Assembly: GCA_963833425.1 (NCBI GenBank)
Contig: CAWHXP010000009.1
Coordinates: forward strand, 64,001 to 128,000
Length of the DNA stretch: 64,000 bases
DNA from: an uncultured Methanosarcinaceae archaeon
Lineage (GTDB): Archaea > Halobacteriota > Methanosarcinia > Methanosarcinales > Methanosarcinaceae
Direction of reading: 5' to 3'
Shown here in pieces: positions 1 through 11,155 of the stretch; within the stretch, counting starts at the first letter, position 1; each line of letters begins with the position of its first letter. The translations under genes and the position numbers were made by a program. The notes beneath the pieces were generated by a model. The model saw only the letters and a list, made by a program, of their open reading frames with translations. It was not told the origin of the DNA and did not search any database.

Positions 1-255
1 TGCACACACATTAATGGAAAGAAGATTCAAAATCTGGTTATTTTCTATAATCACTCTGTTGCTAATTTCCACTTTAAAGGTGTATGTTTTATGATATGAT
101 GAAGACTTTCACTTAAGGGGAGTTTGACTTTTGTTCATCATCCATATATTTTCATGCTTATTCTGAGATTTTTGCAACGGAATCAGCGCCCACTACAACA
201 GGCAGCCCTTTAAGGAATCACTTAAATACAAATACTAACCAGTAGATATTTACAC

Positions 256-442
256 AAGATAATGAGAAATACTGAAAATGGATCAATTATTTTATATCAC
301 GATTGATACATGGAACCTATGATGCAAATTTTGGTATTGTATAGGCTTTAGACAGAGTAATTCGGAATTGCAGCAAAGGGAATTTAATTTTGGAATAATA
401 GATGACTTATTGACTACTGAAAATTACGTAATTCAGATTTGA
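256..442 (+). pseudogene. Remnant of the C-terminus of a NodB-type polysaccharide deacetylase
   Basis: Fragments read ENGSIILYHD (resembles CE4 motif 5, GxIxLxHD) and ALDRVI/ELQQREFNFGIIDDLL (resembles the typical final helix). They are broken by stops and frameshifts. Confidence 0.4.
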
Positions 443-517
443 AAAAGAGATTTTTTCTTTAAAAATAATAAACCAAAGTGAAATATGATGTCAATTGATT
501 GATATGTAGGAAGAACA

Positions 518-1630
518 ATGACTACTTCTTCTTCTCAAAAATATTTCCACCAAAAAAAAACTCTTATTATCGGCTCAGCTAATTCAACCAGGCTAATTAT
601 TGAACCTACTAGTGAATATATCCAAGGGAACAAATATATATTACCTAGTAAATGCTTTTTTGAACATGCAGGAGGGGGCGGGATTAATTATGCAGCAAGG
701 TTACTTTCTTTAGGGATAAACACCATACCAGTTTTATCCATTGCAAACGATATTTATGGTATTGAAATTAAAAAAGCATTGATTCAAGCCTCAAAAAAGG
801 GACACGTTGATTTTTATCCAGATTTAGTATCATTAATGGATGCAGACGAAAATCGGACCCCAAGTAGTACAATTATTAAAAATGGTATCAACACTAAAAT
901 ATACATTGAATTATCAAAAAAAATCATCGATAATTTTCCGAATCATTATCATAATGTTATTAAAACAATAGCTCAAGACCTAGATTTTATTTTTATTGGT
1001 CATATACCGTCTGATTTTCAGAATAATGGCTTTTTAACAAAGGAAATTATCAATTCCTTTAATGAAAAACATATTCCAATTTATGCAAACTTTGGATTGT
1101 CTCAAATTATTCAGGGATTTGATGCCTGGAAAGATATTTTATCAAAGATTGACTTTTTGCAATTAAATCTTTTTGAATTTAAAAAATTTTTTTACCACCA
1201 AGAGATTCGACACCTTTCACAAGTATTAGATCAATTAAGAAATTACTGCACAATAATTATTACATGTGGGGGATTAGGTGCTTTAGTCCAAGCTAAAAAA
1301 TCCCAAAAAATAATATACGTTCGGCCTTACGAACTTTCAAAAGATGAAATAATTGGTACTGATGGTGCAGGGGACGCATTTGGTGCAGCTTTATTAAGTT
1401 GTTTAATTCAAAAATATCCCAAAACTGGGGAAATACCAAGAACTGCACTACATATAGCAAATATTTGTGCTGCTCATTCATGTACAATGGATTTTTCCTC
1501 TAATATATTTCCGGATTTGAATGAACTAAATAACTTCTCAAATAATCAAGTTTCTCCTTTAATTGAAAATTTTAACATTAGAGATGGTAATCAAATCTTA
1601 AATATAATTGACAGTGAATTTTTTTCATAA
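518..1630 (+). CDS. PfkB/ribokinase-family carbohydrate kinase
   Basis: N-terminal GGGGIN motif and C-terminal GTDGAGDAFGAA signature. Confidence 0.8.
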   Translation: MTTSSSQKYFHQKKTLIIGSANSTRLIIEPTSEYIQGNKYILPSKCFFEHAGGGGINYAARLLSLGINTIPVLSIANDIYGIEIKKALIQASKKGHVDFYPDLVSLMDADENRTPSSTIIKNGINTKIYIELSKKIIDNFPNHYHNVIKTIAQDLDFIFIGHIPSDFQNNGFLTKEIINSFNEKHIPIYANFGLSQIIQGFDAWKDILSKIDFLQLNLFEFKKFFYHQEIRHLSQVLDQLRNYCTIIITCGGLGALVQAKKSQKIIYVRPYELSKDEIIGTDGAGDAFGAALLSCLIQKYPKTGEIPRTALHIANICAAHSCTMDFSSNIFPDLNELNNFSNNQVSPLIENFNIRDGNQILNIIDSEFFS

Positions 1631-2317
1631 AGACCTCGCTGCCGTGAAGTAGAACCCATTCTTTTAGATTTAAATGATCTGTCTGCGAGCGGTTGAAACA
1701 GTTTTCGATCGCAATACCAACTTGATCAATTATTTCATCGAGGATGTACTTCTTACGAAAGTCAAACCCACAGATTTTTTCCTCCTATTTATCGCATTAG
1801 GATATGGACAGAGGATCCATCTCTAAGGTCAATTTCACATCCATGTTCTTCGACGCAGTATGACCTTCAATAGCGACAGCCTAGTTTTAGGAACACGATA
1901 CTGAGCGCAAAAGTTATCCCAGCTCCATTTGTTCATGATCTGGACTCTCAAAAGAATATTTCATATCTGTTGCGCTTGTGGCCTGTGCGGTCTAATAGGA
2001 GTTTTAGGACTAGCTTTACATAAGAAAAGTTGAATAATAAAGCTTATTAATTTGTTAGTATTCACGAATAAACTGGGCAGCGATGAATTTTGGTATTCGT
2101 GCACAGGCATAAGTATATGCCAAGATGGATCCGATATGTGTAAAAAAGCCTCTGACTTATAAAAGATTTATTTAACTTACTGCGTCTAGTCAAAACAGGA
2201 TATTAAGATTGAATAAGCAAAAAATATTTCCATCAACAAATACCGAGCATATAGCAAGTAGTCAATTTATTAGTCACGCAGAAGAAGCCATAAAATATAT
2301 TGAGAGGCTGTAAAAAA

Positions 2318-2896
2318 ATGAAAAACCCATGGATTAAAATTAGATCTAATTTAATATTCGAAGATAAGTGGATTAAAGTATATCATGATGATGTGATTGG
2401 TTCTAACAAGAAAAAGGGGAGTTATAGTTATGTAAAAACTAAATGTGGTGTGGGAATAGTTGCCGTCAATAGTAAAGGAGAATTGTGTTTGGTGGGTCAA
2501 TATCGATATGCACCTGATATATATTCTCTAGAGATTCCGAAGGGTGGCTTCCATTCATTTAATTCTGATGAAAGCTCGTTACAAGCCGCTAAACGGGAAT
2601 TAAAAGAGGAAACTGGAATAAGTGCAGGGAACTGGGTTGAGCTGGGGGCAGTTCATACTCTAACTGGACATTCAAATGATATTGTTTACTTATTTCTTGC
2701 CACAGACCTTTCTTTTGGGATAAGCTTTCCTGATGAAAATGAATGTATAAATGTTTTTTACATAAAGTTCGACAAAATTGACACTGTAATAAGGGAGGGA
2801 TTATTTATTGATGGTAAAAAAGAGATGATAACTGATGCTACTAGTATTTCTGCAATTTATTTTGCAAAAGATTTAATTAAAGTTCAGACAATGTAA
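2318..2896 (+). CDS. Nudix hydrolase (ADP-ribose pyrophosphatase-like)
   Basis: QYRY...LEIPKGG...ESSLQAAKRELKEETG Nudix box. ATG at 2318 preferred over TTG at 2300. Confidence 0.85.
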   Translation: MKNPWIKIRSNLIFEDKWIKVYHDDVIGSNKKKGSYSYVKTKCGVGIVAVNSKGELCLVGQYRYAPDIYSLEIPKGGFHSFNSDESSLQAAKRELKEETGISAGNWVELGAVHTLTGHSNDIVYLFLATDLSFGISFPDENECINVFYIKFDKIDTVIREGLFIDGKKEMITDATSISAIYFAKDLIKVQTM

Positions 2897-2966
2897 AATA
2901 AAAAACATCTAAAGATAAATTTAAAAAGTTAAGCATAAGACCCATAATTTTATCCTTGATTTAATT

Positions 2967-4247
2967 TTATCTTGCAACTTGGCTTTGAGATTGTAACAGT
3001 TTATTTTTGGAGATAAATATTTTTTCAACGTAATTATACCATCTTTTGACATCATTTTCTGTAAAATTCTTATGACGCAAAGCAAAACAAGTTGATCTGT
3101 TCTTGCCGATCTGCACATACTTTGTAAAATCAGGCTCAATTATTTGATAGCCGAATTTCTCAGGATATTTTGCAATCTTAGTTCCTGGGTAGGGGATTAA
3201 AGGATATATTGAGAACTCATCAAAGGGCAAGTCACTTGCTTTTTCGAAGTATTCGACAATTGTTTGGTCTGTATCATATGGTAGTCCAACAATAAAAAAT
3301 GCTCTAATAGTTATGTCTTGTTCCTTAGCATTGCGAAGGTTCTTTTCCTCAAAACCATGCTGGGATGTTTTTCCAAGCATTTTGAGATTATCGGGATTTA
3401 AACTTTCTATTCCAACCGAGACATGCCTGCAACCACTTTTTGCAAGCATGTAACAGTTACTCTCACTTAAATCTTCTATTCTCGCAAAAATTCTGTAACT
3501 TATGTTCAGTTTTTTAATTTCTAATAATAATGTGTGAAGTTGAGGATTACCTGTAAAGTTATCATCGTTAAATCGGAATTTTGAAAATCCTCTTGACTTG
3601 AGATACGCGATTTCTTCGATAATTTTTTCAGTACTTCTATATCTTACACCTTTCATCACAATACTGTTACAGTGAGTACAATTGTATCTACAGCCACGAG
3701 AACTTATTACAGAAACAACCCTTTGATTATCAAGTACTCTACTGTAAGCGTTTAGATCAACAAGGTCCCAGGCAGGCATAGGGTAGCTGTCAATATCTGG
3801 CCTACCTTTTCCATTGACAATTTGGGGGAACTCAGAACCCTTTGAATACAAATTGACTACATTCAAGAAAGCATCTTCCCCTTCTCCAATGATTACACAG
3901 TCACAATTGCTATCCTTTAAGGTAAACTCTGGTAATCCAGACGGATTGGGACCTCCAAGAATGACTAAAGGGCTTCTATTATTAACAGACTTTATATGTT
4001 CTATACAACGTTTAACAAATGGGTAGTTTGTGCAATAGACTGTAAATCCATACGCATCGCCAGAAGGAATTGCTTTAATTTTTTCTTTTATCTCATCTTC
4101 TGTTTTGCAACCGGTCATTTCGTAAATCTCAACTTCAAAACCATTAAGTTTCAATACGGATGCAATATAAAGTAAACCTAACTGTGGCTCTAAATGATCG
4201 TCATAAACACAATTAGAAGGAGGATTTATCAAAACAATTTTAATCAT
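2967..4247 (-). CDS. Cobalamin-binding radical SAM enzyme (class B methyltransferase-like)
   Basis: N-terminal B12-binding domain (PQLGLLYIAS, ILGGPNPS, IGEGE), SRGCRYNCTHC CxxxCxxC motif, and DDNF, GIES, IVGLP, PYPGT motifs. Confidence 0.9.
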   Translation of the reverse strand: MIKIVLINPPSNCVYDDHLEPQLGLLYIASVLKLNGFEVEIYEMTGCKTEDEIKEKIKAIPSGDAYGFTVYCTNYPFVKRCIEHIKSVNNRSPLVILGGPNPSGLPEFTLKDSNCDCVIIGEGEDAFLNVVNLYSKGSEFPQIVNGKGRPDIDSYPMPAWDLVDLNAYSRVLDNQRVVSVISSRGCRYNCTHCNSIVMKGVRYRSTEKIIEEIAYLKSRGFSKFRFNDDNFTGNPQLHTLLLEIKKLNISYRIFARIEDLSESNCYMLAKSGCRHVSVGIESLNPDNLKMLGKTSQHGFEEKNLRNAKEQDITIRAFFIVGLPYDTDQTIVEYFEKASDLPFDEFSIYPLIPYPGTKIAKYPEKFGYQIIEPDFTKYVQIGKNRSTCFALRHKNFTENDVKRWYNYVEKIFISKNKLLQSQSQVAR

Positions 4248-4520
4248 TGCCTATCAGTAGGTACTGAGATATAAGTATTTTACTTATCCGTAAAGAGTGA
4301 TATTTTCGCAAATGCTGGGTAGTCATCAAAAAATGATATACTAGAGGGTAATTATTGCGCTCCCTAATCATGGTGTATAAAATTTTTAATAAGAAATAGC
4401 ACACAAATCAAACGAAGACAAATAATTATTCATAAAGTCCTTTAAGTTCCTTCAATTTCTGTTCACATATTTTAATTATACTTGGATCTCCAATTGCCTC
4501 CCCAATAGCCTGTGATTCCT

Positions 4521-7355
4521 TCAGTAACACAAATGCTTTTTTTTCTCACCCAAATCATAGTATATATTCCCCAAATTTCCAAGCCATTTTCCTACTCTGC
4601 ATTTATCACCTATATCTCTTGCAATTTTCAAAGCTAGTTCGTAATACTCAATTGCTTCTTTCGGCTGGCCCAGATCAAGGTATGCGCTTCCCAGATATCC
4701 TTGCCATTTTCCTACTCTGCGTTTATCACCTATATCTCTTGCAATTTCCAAAGCCAGCTCGTAATACTCAATTGCTTCTTTCGGCTGGCCCAGATTAAGG
4801 TATGCATTTCCCAGATATCCTTGCCAAACTCCTACATTGCGAATATCGTCTATTTCTCTTGCAATTTTCAAAGCCTGCTTGTAAAAGCTAAATGCTTCAT
4901 TTAGCTCTCCCAGATCATAGTTTGCTGTTCCCAGATTTCCAAGCCAAATTCCTTCGTAGCGTTTATCACCTATTTCTTCTGCAATTTTCAAAGCCATATC
5001 GAAATAGTTAATTGCTTTATTCAGCTCGTTCAGATCATAGTATGCTATTCCCAGATTTCCAAGCCAAATTCCTTCATAGCGTTTATCACCTATTACTCTT
5101 GCGATTTCCAAGGCCTGCTCGTGAGACTCAATTGCATTTTTGAATTCACCCTGATAACGGTATGCAGTCCCACAATTTCCAATCCAGATTCCTTTGTGGC
5201 GTCTATAACCTTCTTCTTTCGCAATTTCCAAAGCCAGCTTGTAATAGTAAATTGCCTTTTCAAAATTACCCTGATCACGGTATACATTTCCCAGATTTCC
5301 AAGCTGATGTATTTCTCCTTTTCTATCCCCTTTTTCTTTTGAAATCGTCAAGGCCTGCTGCTGAAACTCAATTGCTCTTTTATAATTGCCCAACCCTCTG
5401 CATACTAATCCTAGATTTCCAAGGTCTACACTTTCTCTAGATCTATCAATTTTTCCTTTTGAAATTGTCAAGGCCTGCTTGAAATAATCAATTGCTTCTT
5501 TTGGCTGGCCCAGATCAAGATATGCATTTCCTAGATATCCTAGCCATTTTTCTTCGTTGTGTCTATCATCTATTTTTCTTAAAATCTCCAATGATTGCTC
5601 GTAATATTTAATTGCTTTTTTAGGATTTCCAAACTTTCCGTATACTAATCCCAAACCCCCAAGGCCGTCACTTTCTCCAAGTCTATCCTCATTTTCTTTT
5701 GCAAATTTCGAGACTTTATTGTAATAATAAATTGCTTTTTTGTAATTTCCCATATTACAATTGAGTAATGCGAGTTTGTTTAGGGTTTCTGTAACAGATG
5801 AGTTTTTGGGTCCTAATTTCTCTTTCAGAAGTTGCAGCATTTCCTCGTATAATGGGTAAATTAATTTCCAGAATGCTGCTTCTTCGAACGGATAAGATGC
5901 ACCATTAAACCAATTGAGTAGATCTTCTGCTTCTAGCGATTGTTTTGCGTGATAAAAAGCTTCTGATAGGGCAGTTTCGTGTTCTGGAATGATTAACTTA
6001 ATATCTATATTTTTGAGTTTATTTCTATAATATTTACATATAGCTTTGTGTATTCTTTTTACTGAATCTGGATCTTCTTTTTCCTGAGTTTTTTGAAGAG
6101 CTTTTTGCATCAACTGGTGCATTTGCCTTTTTTCATCCCCAGCTTTGCTAATAAAAGATAAATTGCACAATTTTTTGTAATTATTTGTGGAATATCCTGT
6201 GTTGCATTTTTTGACCAGATATTCAAAAAGGTCATAGTCCCAGAAACGTGGGATAGAAAGGGCATTTAATGTATCTCTTTCTTGAGAACTTAAAAATCTG
6301 AAGAATCTATCTGTTATTTCTTGAGGAGTACCACCAAAGTCTTCTGGAATTGGCTGTCTTTTTTTGTAGATTTTTATTTTTTCATAAGTTTTAACAGATA
6401 ATTCTAGATAGTAAGGAACGCCTATACTCCCTTTAACTATAGCTTCCTGTATTTTTCTATCTTTGATTCCTTGAGTTTCAAGATATTCGATATGGTATTT
6501 TGGGGGTAGTTTTCTTACCTCATACTGTGTCAGATATTCACTCCACTCTACCCACTCGTTTTTTGTTTCTTCCCAGCAAAGAGCTTCTCTGCCGCAGATA
6601 ACCCACAGTACTCTTTGGGGTAAACTATGAAGAATTAGCTCATTTATTATCCAGTTATCTAGAGAATAGCCATCGCTTCTATAGTTTTCCCGCAGACCTT
6701 CATAAGTATCTATAAATAAAACTGCAGACTTTGAATTACCTTCTAAATAATTGTTAAGATCATATGCCCAAAAGTAGGGAAGCATTTCCTTGATTTCCCA
6801 AGGCTCTTTCTTTGGAAGTTGTTTGAGTTTTTCTTCTACTATCTCTACCCACCTTTTTTTAAGGTAGTCTGGAAAACCTTTCAGTAATCTTGCAACCTTA
6901 GGTATTAGATTAAAGTAGGGTATTTGATTAACAATTTCTAAAAAGCCGTCGAAGACTTCTTCACCTTCAAAAAGTAGATAATTCTCTTTTCTTAGGGGAA
7001 TTTCTGGATTTGCCTTTTTCCAGTAAATGGCATGTGCGATTTCAAAGGCGGGAAAACTTATTTTTGATTTTTTTTGTAACTCATTTTTAAGAGCTACTAA
7101 CATAGCAGTTTTTTCTCTGTAAGTAGGCAGTTGCAGATCAATTGAAGCCCATATCACTTTCTGGCATTGAGATTTGTGATTATATTTTTCTAAGCACTTT
7201 GGAAATTCGTGCCTTAAACTTGTCTTGCCAATACCAGCAATTCCATGATAAACCAAGACATTAAATTCTTTTTGTCCAATGTTATTTACAGCTTTATTGA
7301 AGGTATTAATATAACCTTTTCTATCAACAAATTGATTTTCTTCGGTGTTTGTCAT
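4521..7355 (-). CDS. P-loop NTPase (STAND-like) with C-terminal TPR array; C-terminus apparently frameshifted (native stop probably at 4426)
   Basis: FVDR...GIAGIGKT Walker A and FIDTYE Walker B, followed by about ten 40-aa TPR units (LGNLGxAYxxLGxxxxAIxYYxxALxI). Confidence 0.85.
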   Translation of the reverse strand: MTNTEENQFVDRKGYINTFNKAVNNIGQKEFNVLVYHGIAGIGKTSLRHEFPKCLEKYNHKSQCQKVIWASIDLQLPTYREKTAMLVALKNELQKKSKISFPAFEIAHAIYWKKANPEIPLRKENYLLFEGEEVFDGFLEIVNQIPYFNLIPKVARLLKGFPDYLKKRWVEIVEEKLKQLPKKEPWEIKEMLPYFWAYDLNNYLEGNSKSAVLFIDTYEGLRENYRSDGYSLDNWIINELILHSLPQRVLWVICGREALCWEETKNEWVEWSEYLTQYEVRKLPPKYHIEYLETQGIKDRKIQEAIVKGSIGVPYYLELSVKTYEKIKIYKKRQPIPEDFGGTPQEITDRFFRFLSSQERDTLNALSIPRFWDYDLFEYLVKKCNTGYSTNNYKKLCNLSFISKAGDEKRQMHQLMQKALQKTQEKEDPDSVKRIHKAICKYYRNKLKNIDIKLIIPEHETALSEAFYHAKQSLEAEDLLNWFNGASYPFEEAAFWKLIYPLYEEMLQLLKEKLGPKNSSVTETLNKLALLNCNMGNYKKAIYYYNKVSKFAKENEDRLGESDGLGGLGLVYGKFGNPKKAIKYYEQSLEILRKIDDRHNEEKWLGYLGNAYLDLGQPKEAIDYFKQALTISKGKIDRSRESVDLGNLGLVCRGLGNYKRAIEFQQQALTISKEKGDRKGEIHQLGNLGNVYRDQGNFEKAIYYYKLALEIAKEEGYRRHKGIWIGNCGTAYRYQGEFKNAIESHEQALEIARVIGDKRYEGIWLGNLGIAYYDLNELNKAINYFDMALKIAEEIGDKRYEGIWLGNLGTANYDLGELNEAFSFYKQALKIAREIDDIRNVGVWQGYLGNAYLNLGQPKEAIEYYELALEIARDIGDKRRVGKWQGYLGSAYLDLGQPKEAIEYYELALKIARDIGDKCRVGKWLGNLGNIYYDLGEKKKHLCY
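4560..5600 (-). repeat. 120-bp tandem coding repeats (40-aa TPR units)
   Basis: Near-identical blocks with a 120-bp period, e.g. 4591-4710 versus 4711-4830. Confidence 0.85.
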
Positions 7356-8169
7356 ATAATCACTCTGGAATCCAGTTTATTTACTTAATAGTTGAGCATA
7401 ATCCCATAAAACAAATGATTAAGAAGCAAAACTTATTTTCATTAATTTTTTGTGATCCACTTAATGTCTCCAAGTATTTTTATGCTTGATATAAAAAATT
7501 TTAGCCTTTATATAAATTGGTACTGTTTTATTTTACTTGTTGCAAAGTTAGCACTCGATTTATTCTCTTTTGCTTACATATCCCCGGATCTTATTCACAA
7601 ATGATACGTAGGATATAATAAGAAAATAAACGAATTTGAGAACTCAAAAGTTCTGTGAAGACTCAAAAAAGGAGCATGGCAACATAAATTCTTTTAAAGA
7701 ATATCGTTATTGCCCTGGAATTTAAGTAACTAACCCATTTAAATTTTGCATGGAGAGTCCAATTATCTACATGAAGTTGATAACAATAAAATATTATTTA
7801 TACAGTTTGTGAGATAATCAACCAGATATTTAAAGCTGATTTTTTCAGAACGGTCGTCTCCTTTTCACGGCTATGGTGTCGGATGCCAGCTGCGTTAGAT
7901 GTTTTCTCTCCCCTGTCTTTGTAAATATAGCCCCAGTATCAGCCACTAAGAGGCTCAAGATGAGGTTTTAATTTGAAAGTAATGGTTTTTATGCCACACT
8001 ATTAAATAAATTACAGAATCTTAAATAAATTACAGAACCGTGAAATCAATTAGTAATTCGATATTTATTAAAATATTATTATAATTTATATATTAACTAA
8101 AAAATATTATGTATATTGAAACACTTGAATTATCATTAGCTATTTGAAATATGAGTGTGAGGAAATACA

Positions 8170-9057
8170 GTGGATAGCAAACCTTCAAACAAGGATGACG
8201 TTAGAGAAAAAGAGACATATAAAAAAATTTACACCCCATGGGATTTTTATATTTTATTTGGGATAGCAGGAGTAATACTTTTTGTGATAGGAGCTTTTCG
8301 TTTCTCCACTTCGAATGATAATGCTTATTTCATTTATATTTGCTTAATCTCATTTGCAATTGTTGCCTTTCCGTGGGTTAGCTCGATTCAATTGACCGGT
8401 ATTTTCAAGATAGATAATGCAATAAACAAAGTGAGAAAAGAAACCCATGATCAAGTTGATCAAGCAAGCAAATTATTTGATAACAAATTATTATCACTCA
8501 GAACAGAGTTAGTATCTCAACTTACCAACATCCAATATCAAGCTCTTCAGCAAAAGACTGAACAAGTAGTACATGTTGATCTTGGTGCTTCTGCTCTTGC
8601 GGCCGTTAAAAGTACTGAGGATATGAAGTTAGAGTCCAATGAGGGTAAATCGCAATTGAGCATCCCACCTCCCAATGAGCTCCCAAAGAAATATTCTGAA
8701 TTAAGAATTGGATTTGCTAAAGCGACTTCTGTCGCATTGAATGATCCATATGGATATAGATGTGGATCACTTATTCGCCAGATTCCGGATAATGGGCAAT
8801 TGGCTAAGGAGTTCGAAGCGGCAAAAGCTGAGAAGAATGTCACAGATGAACAGGTTTTATCAATGAAAACCTTGGGTCTTGTAACCGATAAAGGGAGCAA
8901 TTCTACAAAGCCTAACGAAAATAAAATATACGCATCTGAATTGGGGAGAATATACGTGGACTATTGGAAGGGGTTTGCTAAAAATATCGATTGGGCTAAG
9001 CTTGGAGTTGACCTTCTCAGCAATATATCAAATTTATTTTTATATAGGAGTCATTAA
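8170..9057 (+). CDS. Hypothetical membrane protein (two N-terminal TM helices, coiled coil, possible C-terminal winged helix)
   Basis: 295-aa ORF with GAGG upstream of GTG and hydrophobic segments at ~aa 26-45 and 52-72. Confidence 0.7.
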   Translation: MDSKPSNKDDVREKETYKKIYTPWDFYILFGIAGVILFVIGAFRFSTSNDNAYFIYICLISFAIVAFPWVSSIQLTGIFKIDNAINKVRKETHDQVDQASKLFDNKLLSLRTELVSQLTNIQYQALQQKTEQVVHVDLGASALAAVKSTEDMKLESNEGKSQLSIPPPNELPKKYSELRIGFAKATSVALNDPYGYRCGSLIRQIPDNGQLAKEFEAAKAEKNVTDEQVLSMKTLGLVTDKGSNSTKPNENKIYASELGRIYVDYWKGFAKNIDWAKLGVDLLSNISNLFLYRSH

Positions 9058-9468
9058 TCTAATAGCAACATTTAATCTTTTCATTATTCATTTATTTTAG
9101 TAAAACCTGTGTATAATATCCCAAATTTAGATGAAAATGCCCTTATAAATCTCGAAGACACTTATCGTGTTATACAATCAAAATCATGGGGAATTGAATT
9201 GGTTAAAAAAATGACTTAACCTGAGCTCACTAGGAAGACTTTTATCAAGAGTCCCTGAGGAATATGATTATCTTTGTGAAAAAAAATGGCTCACAGCGCC
9301 TGTGAATGGCTCATATTTGATTTGATTTGACGCATATACATCCCGCTTGCATACAGAACAAAAATAACTTAATATTAAATACAAGCTTAGCTAATATTAA
9401 TCATAAAAAATAAAAAACTGTGTTCACAATGGCACGTCCATCATTATATTATAAGGGGTGATTTTAAT

Positions 9469-9615
9469 ATGGCAGAGGAAAACGATCAAAGTGAACAGGA
9501 AGAACTTAATAAGGATTCTCTGGAATCATTGCTTAAAGAAAAGCAAAGAAAACAGGTTCGTTCAGATTATCGGCGTAGTCTGGGCAGCGAAGCTGGTAGA
9601 AGATATAACGAATAA
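9469..9615 (+). CDS. Small 48-aa protein MAEENDQSEQEELNKDSLESLLKEKQRKQVRSDYRRSLGSEAGRRYNE (not in ORF track)
   Basis: GGGGTGA RBS upstream of the ATG, TTATATTATA TATA-like element just upstream, and protein-like composition. Confidence 0.55.
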   Translation: MAEENDQSEQEELNKDSLESLLKEKQRKQVRSDYRRSLGSEAGRRYNE

Positions 9616-10170
9616 GTTAATAAAAAAACATTAAAGTATAAGATTTAATACATTATGCAGAACAGATCGATAAGCTTTCAAAAATAAGTTAGATACCGTT
9701 GGTGTGTTCAACATCAACAGTACTCCTCTACCCAATTCATGATGAACTTTGATTTCCATAATAGTCAATTTTCACAACACTCATACCCATGTACCAAGTT
9801 CTATCATATTGCAATTGAGCATTCTTTGGATGTGCGTTTAATAGATTTACTATTTTTTTGTCTCAATGTCCCTACCTTTTACAATTTCTATATCCTGATA
9901 GACCAACGAATTATTAAATATCGTTGAACTATACTCATACTTAAGCCGATTAGAAATCAAATTCTAATCACTTGGATTTGTAGTTATCTTTTGATCATCT
10001 ATTAAATATATATCGGACTGCAACTAAATATTCATAACTCACTGGAGCTACTTTTGGCAATTAATTGTTACTCGTTCATCAACTCCTACACCCGCTCCAA
10101 TGTCAAAGCAAAAAAGATCCAAACAACGTTAAGAAATAGTATTTACTTAGAACTATCAACAATATTTTTA

Positions 10171-10243
10171 TAGTCCTGAGCGGATTCGAACCGCTGTCCC
10201 GGGCTCCAAAGGCCCGAAGGATTGACCACTACCCTACAGGACT
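10171..10243 (-). tRNA. tRNA-Gln(TTG)
   Basis: Reverse complement AGTCCTGTAGGGTAGTGGTCAATCCTTCGGGCCTTTGGAGCCCGGGACAGCGGTTCGAATCCGCTCAGGACTA folds as a cloverleaf with anticodon arm CGGGC-CT-TTG-GA-GCCCG. Confidence 0.95.
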
Positions 10244-10973
10244 GCATATTAAAGCTTTTACATATAAGATTAATCCTTGTACTTAATTTTTGTGCCATAT
10301 GGAATCTTTAAGACATTATGGCTAATGGTAAATCTCATCTATAGACTATTCCATCTTCGAACCTTTTACTGTGAAAATATATTTTGATGTAAAACTAATT
10401 TTTGTATAATTAATTTAACGTAATTTCGTGACCATTAAATAGCTTATAAGTGACTATAAAATTTCCCCCGGAATGAGAAATCACACACTTCAGCAAATAG
10501 ATAGAAGCTTCCCTATATGATAGTAGCTGAGGCATTTACAATTATTTATGATATCGAACTTGGTAAGCTCTATATGTCTCGTTTTAATCAAAAAAGGGGA
10601 AACCCTTGAAGGAAATAGTTGGTACAAAGTATATCGGAAATTAGGCAAAAGTCAGATGACAATCTACAATGGCTTGAATAGGAAGTTCTTACTACTTATA
10701 TAACTACTTTGTGGGTGACTACATAATTTTTTTCTCGGAACGTTGATTATCTAGATAAAGTGTTGAATCTTGAGCTTTTTTAATATTTTCTGGGATTGTT
10801 AAAATTTACCCCTTACCAAACTCTCAATTAGCTTAAATAAATAAAAAATGTAGAAAAAAAATCAAAATCTTTAAATCTAAATACAGAAATGAAAATAGGT
10901 AAAATTCGCTATAATTTAGATAAAAAATTTTATTCTCTGAATCAAAGTAAAAAACCGAAAAATTTTATATTTA

Positions 10974-11155
10974 TCTCCATAAGAAAAAAGGGTTTAAATT
11001 AAATTACCAATATTTTTGGAATTCGGATTCATGATTTTTTAGATGAACATATCTCAAGATGGGGATTATTTAATGATTATTTAGATCAAAGGTTCTCTCC
11101 AATGGAAACAGACGGGTCATTACCATAACTATTAATACGGTGTACTTCCATTGGA
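10974..11155. promoter_or_regulatory. ORB-like elements in a candidate oriC upstream of cdc6
   Basis: TCCAATGGAAACAGACGGGT (11098-11117) resembles the archaeal ORB (TTCCAGTGGAAAC...GGGG). Its 10-bp core is exactly inverted at 11146-11155, and a weaker copy lies at 10974-10993, all within a 1.9-kb AT-rich intergenic region. Confidence 0.55.

Noticed and set aside
1626..1880. Protein-like minus-strand fragment (...GFDFRKKYILDEIIDQVGIAIENC...)
   Set aside because: It has internal stops and no recognisable family; probably a gene relic.
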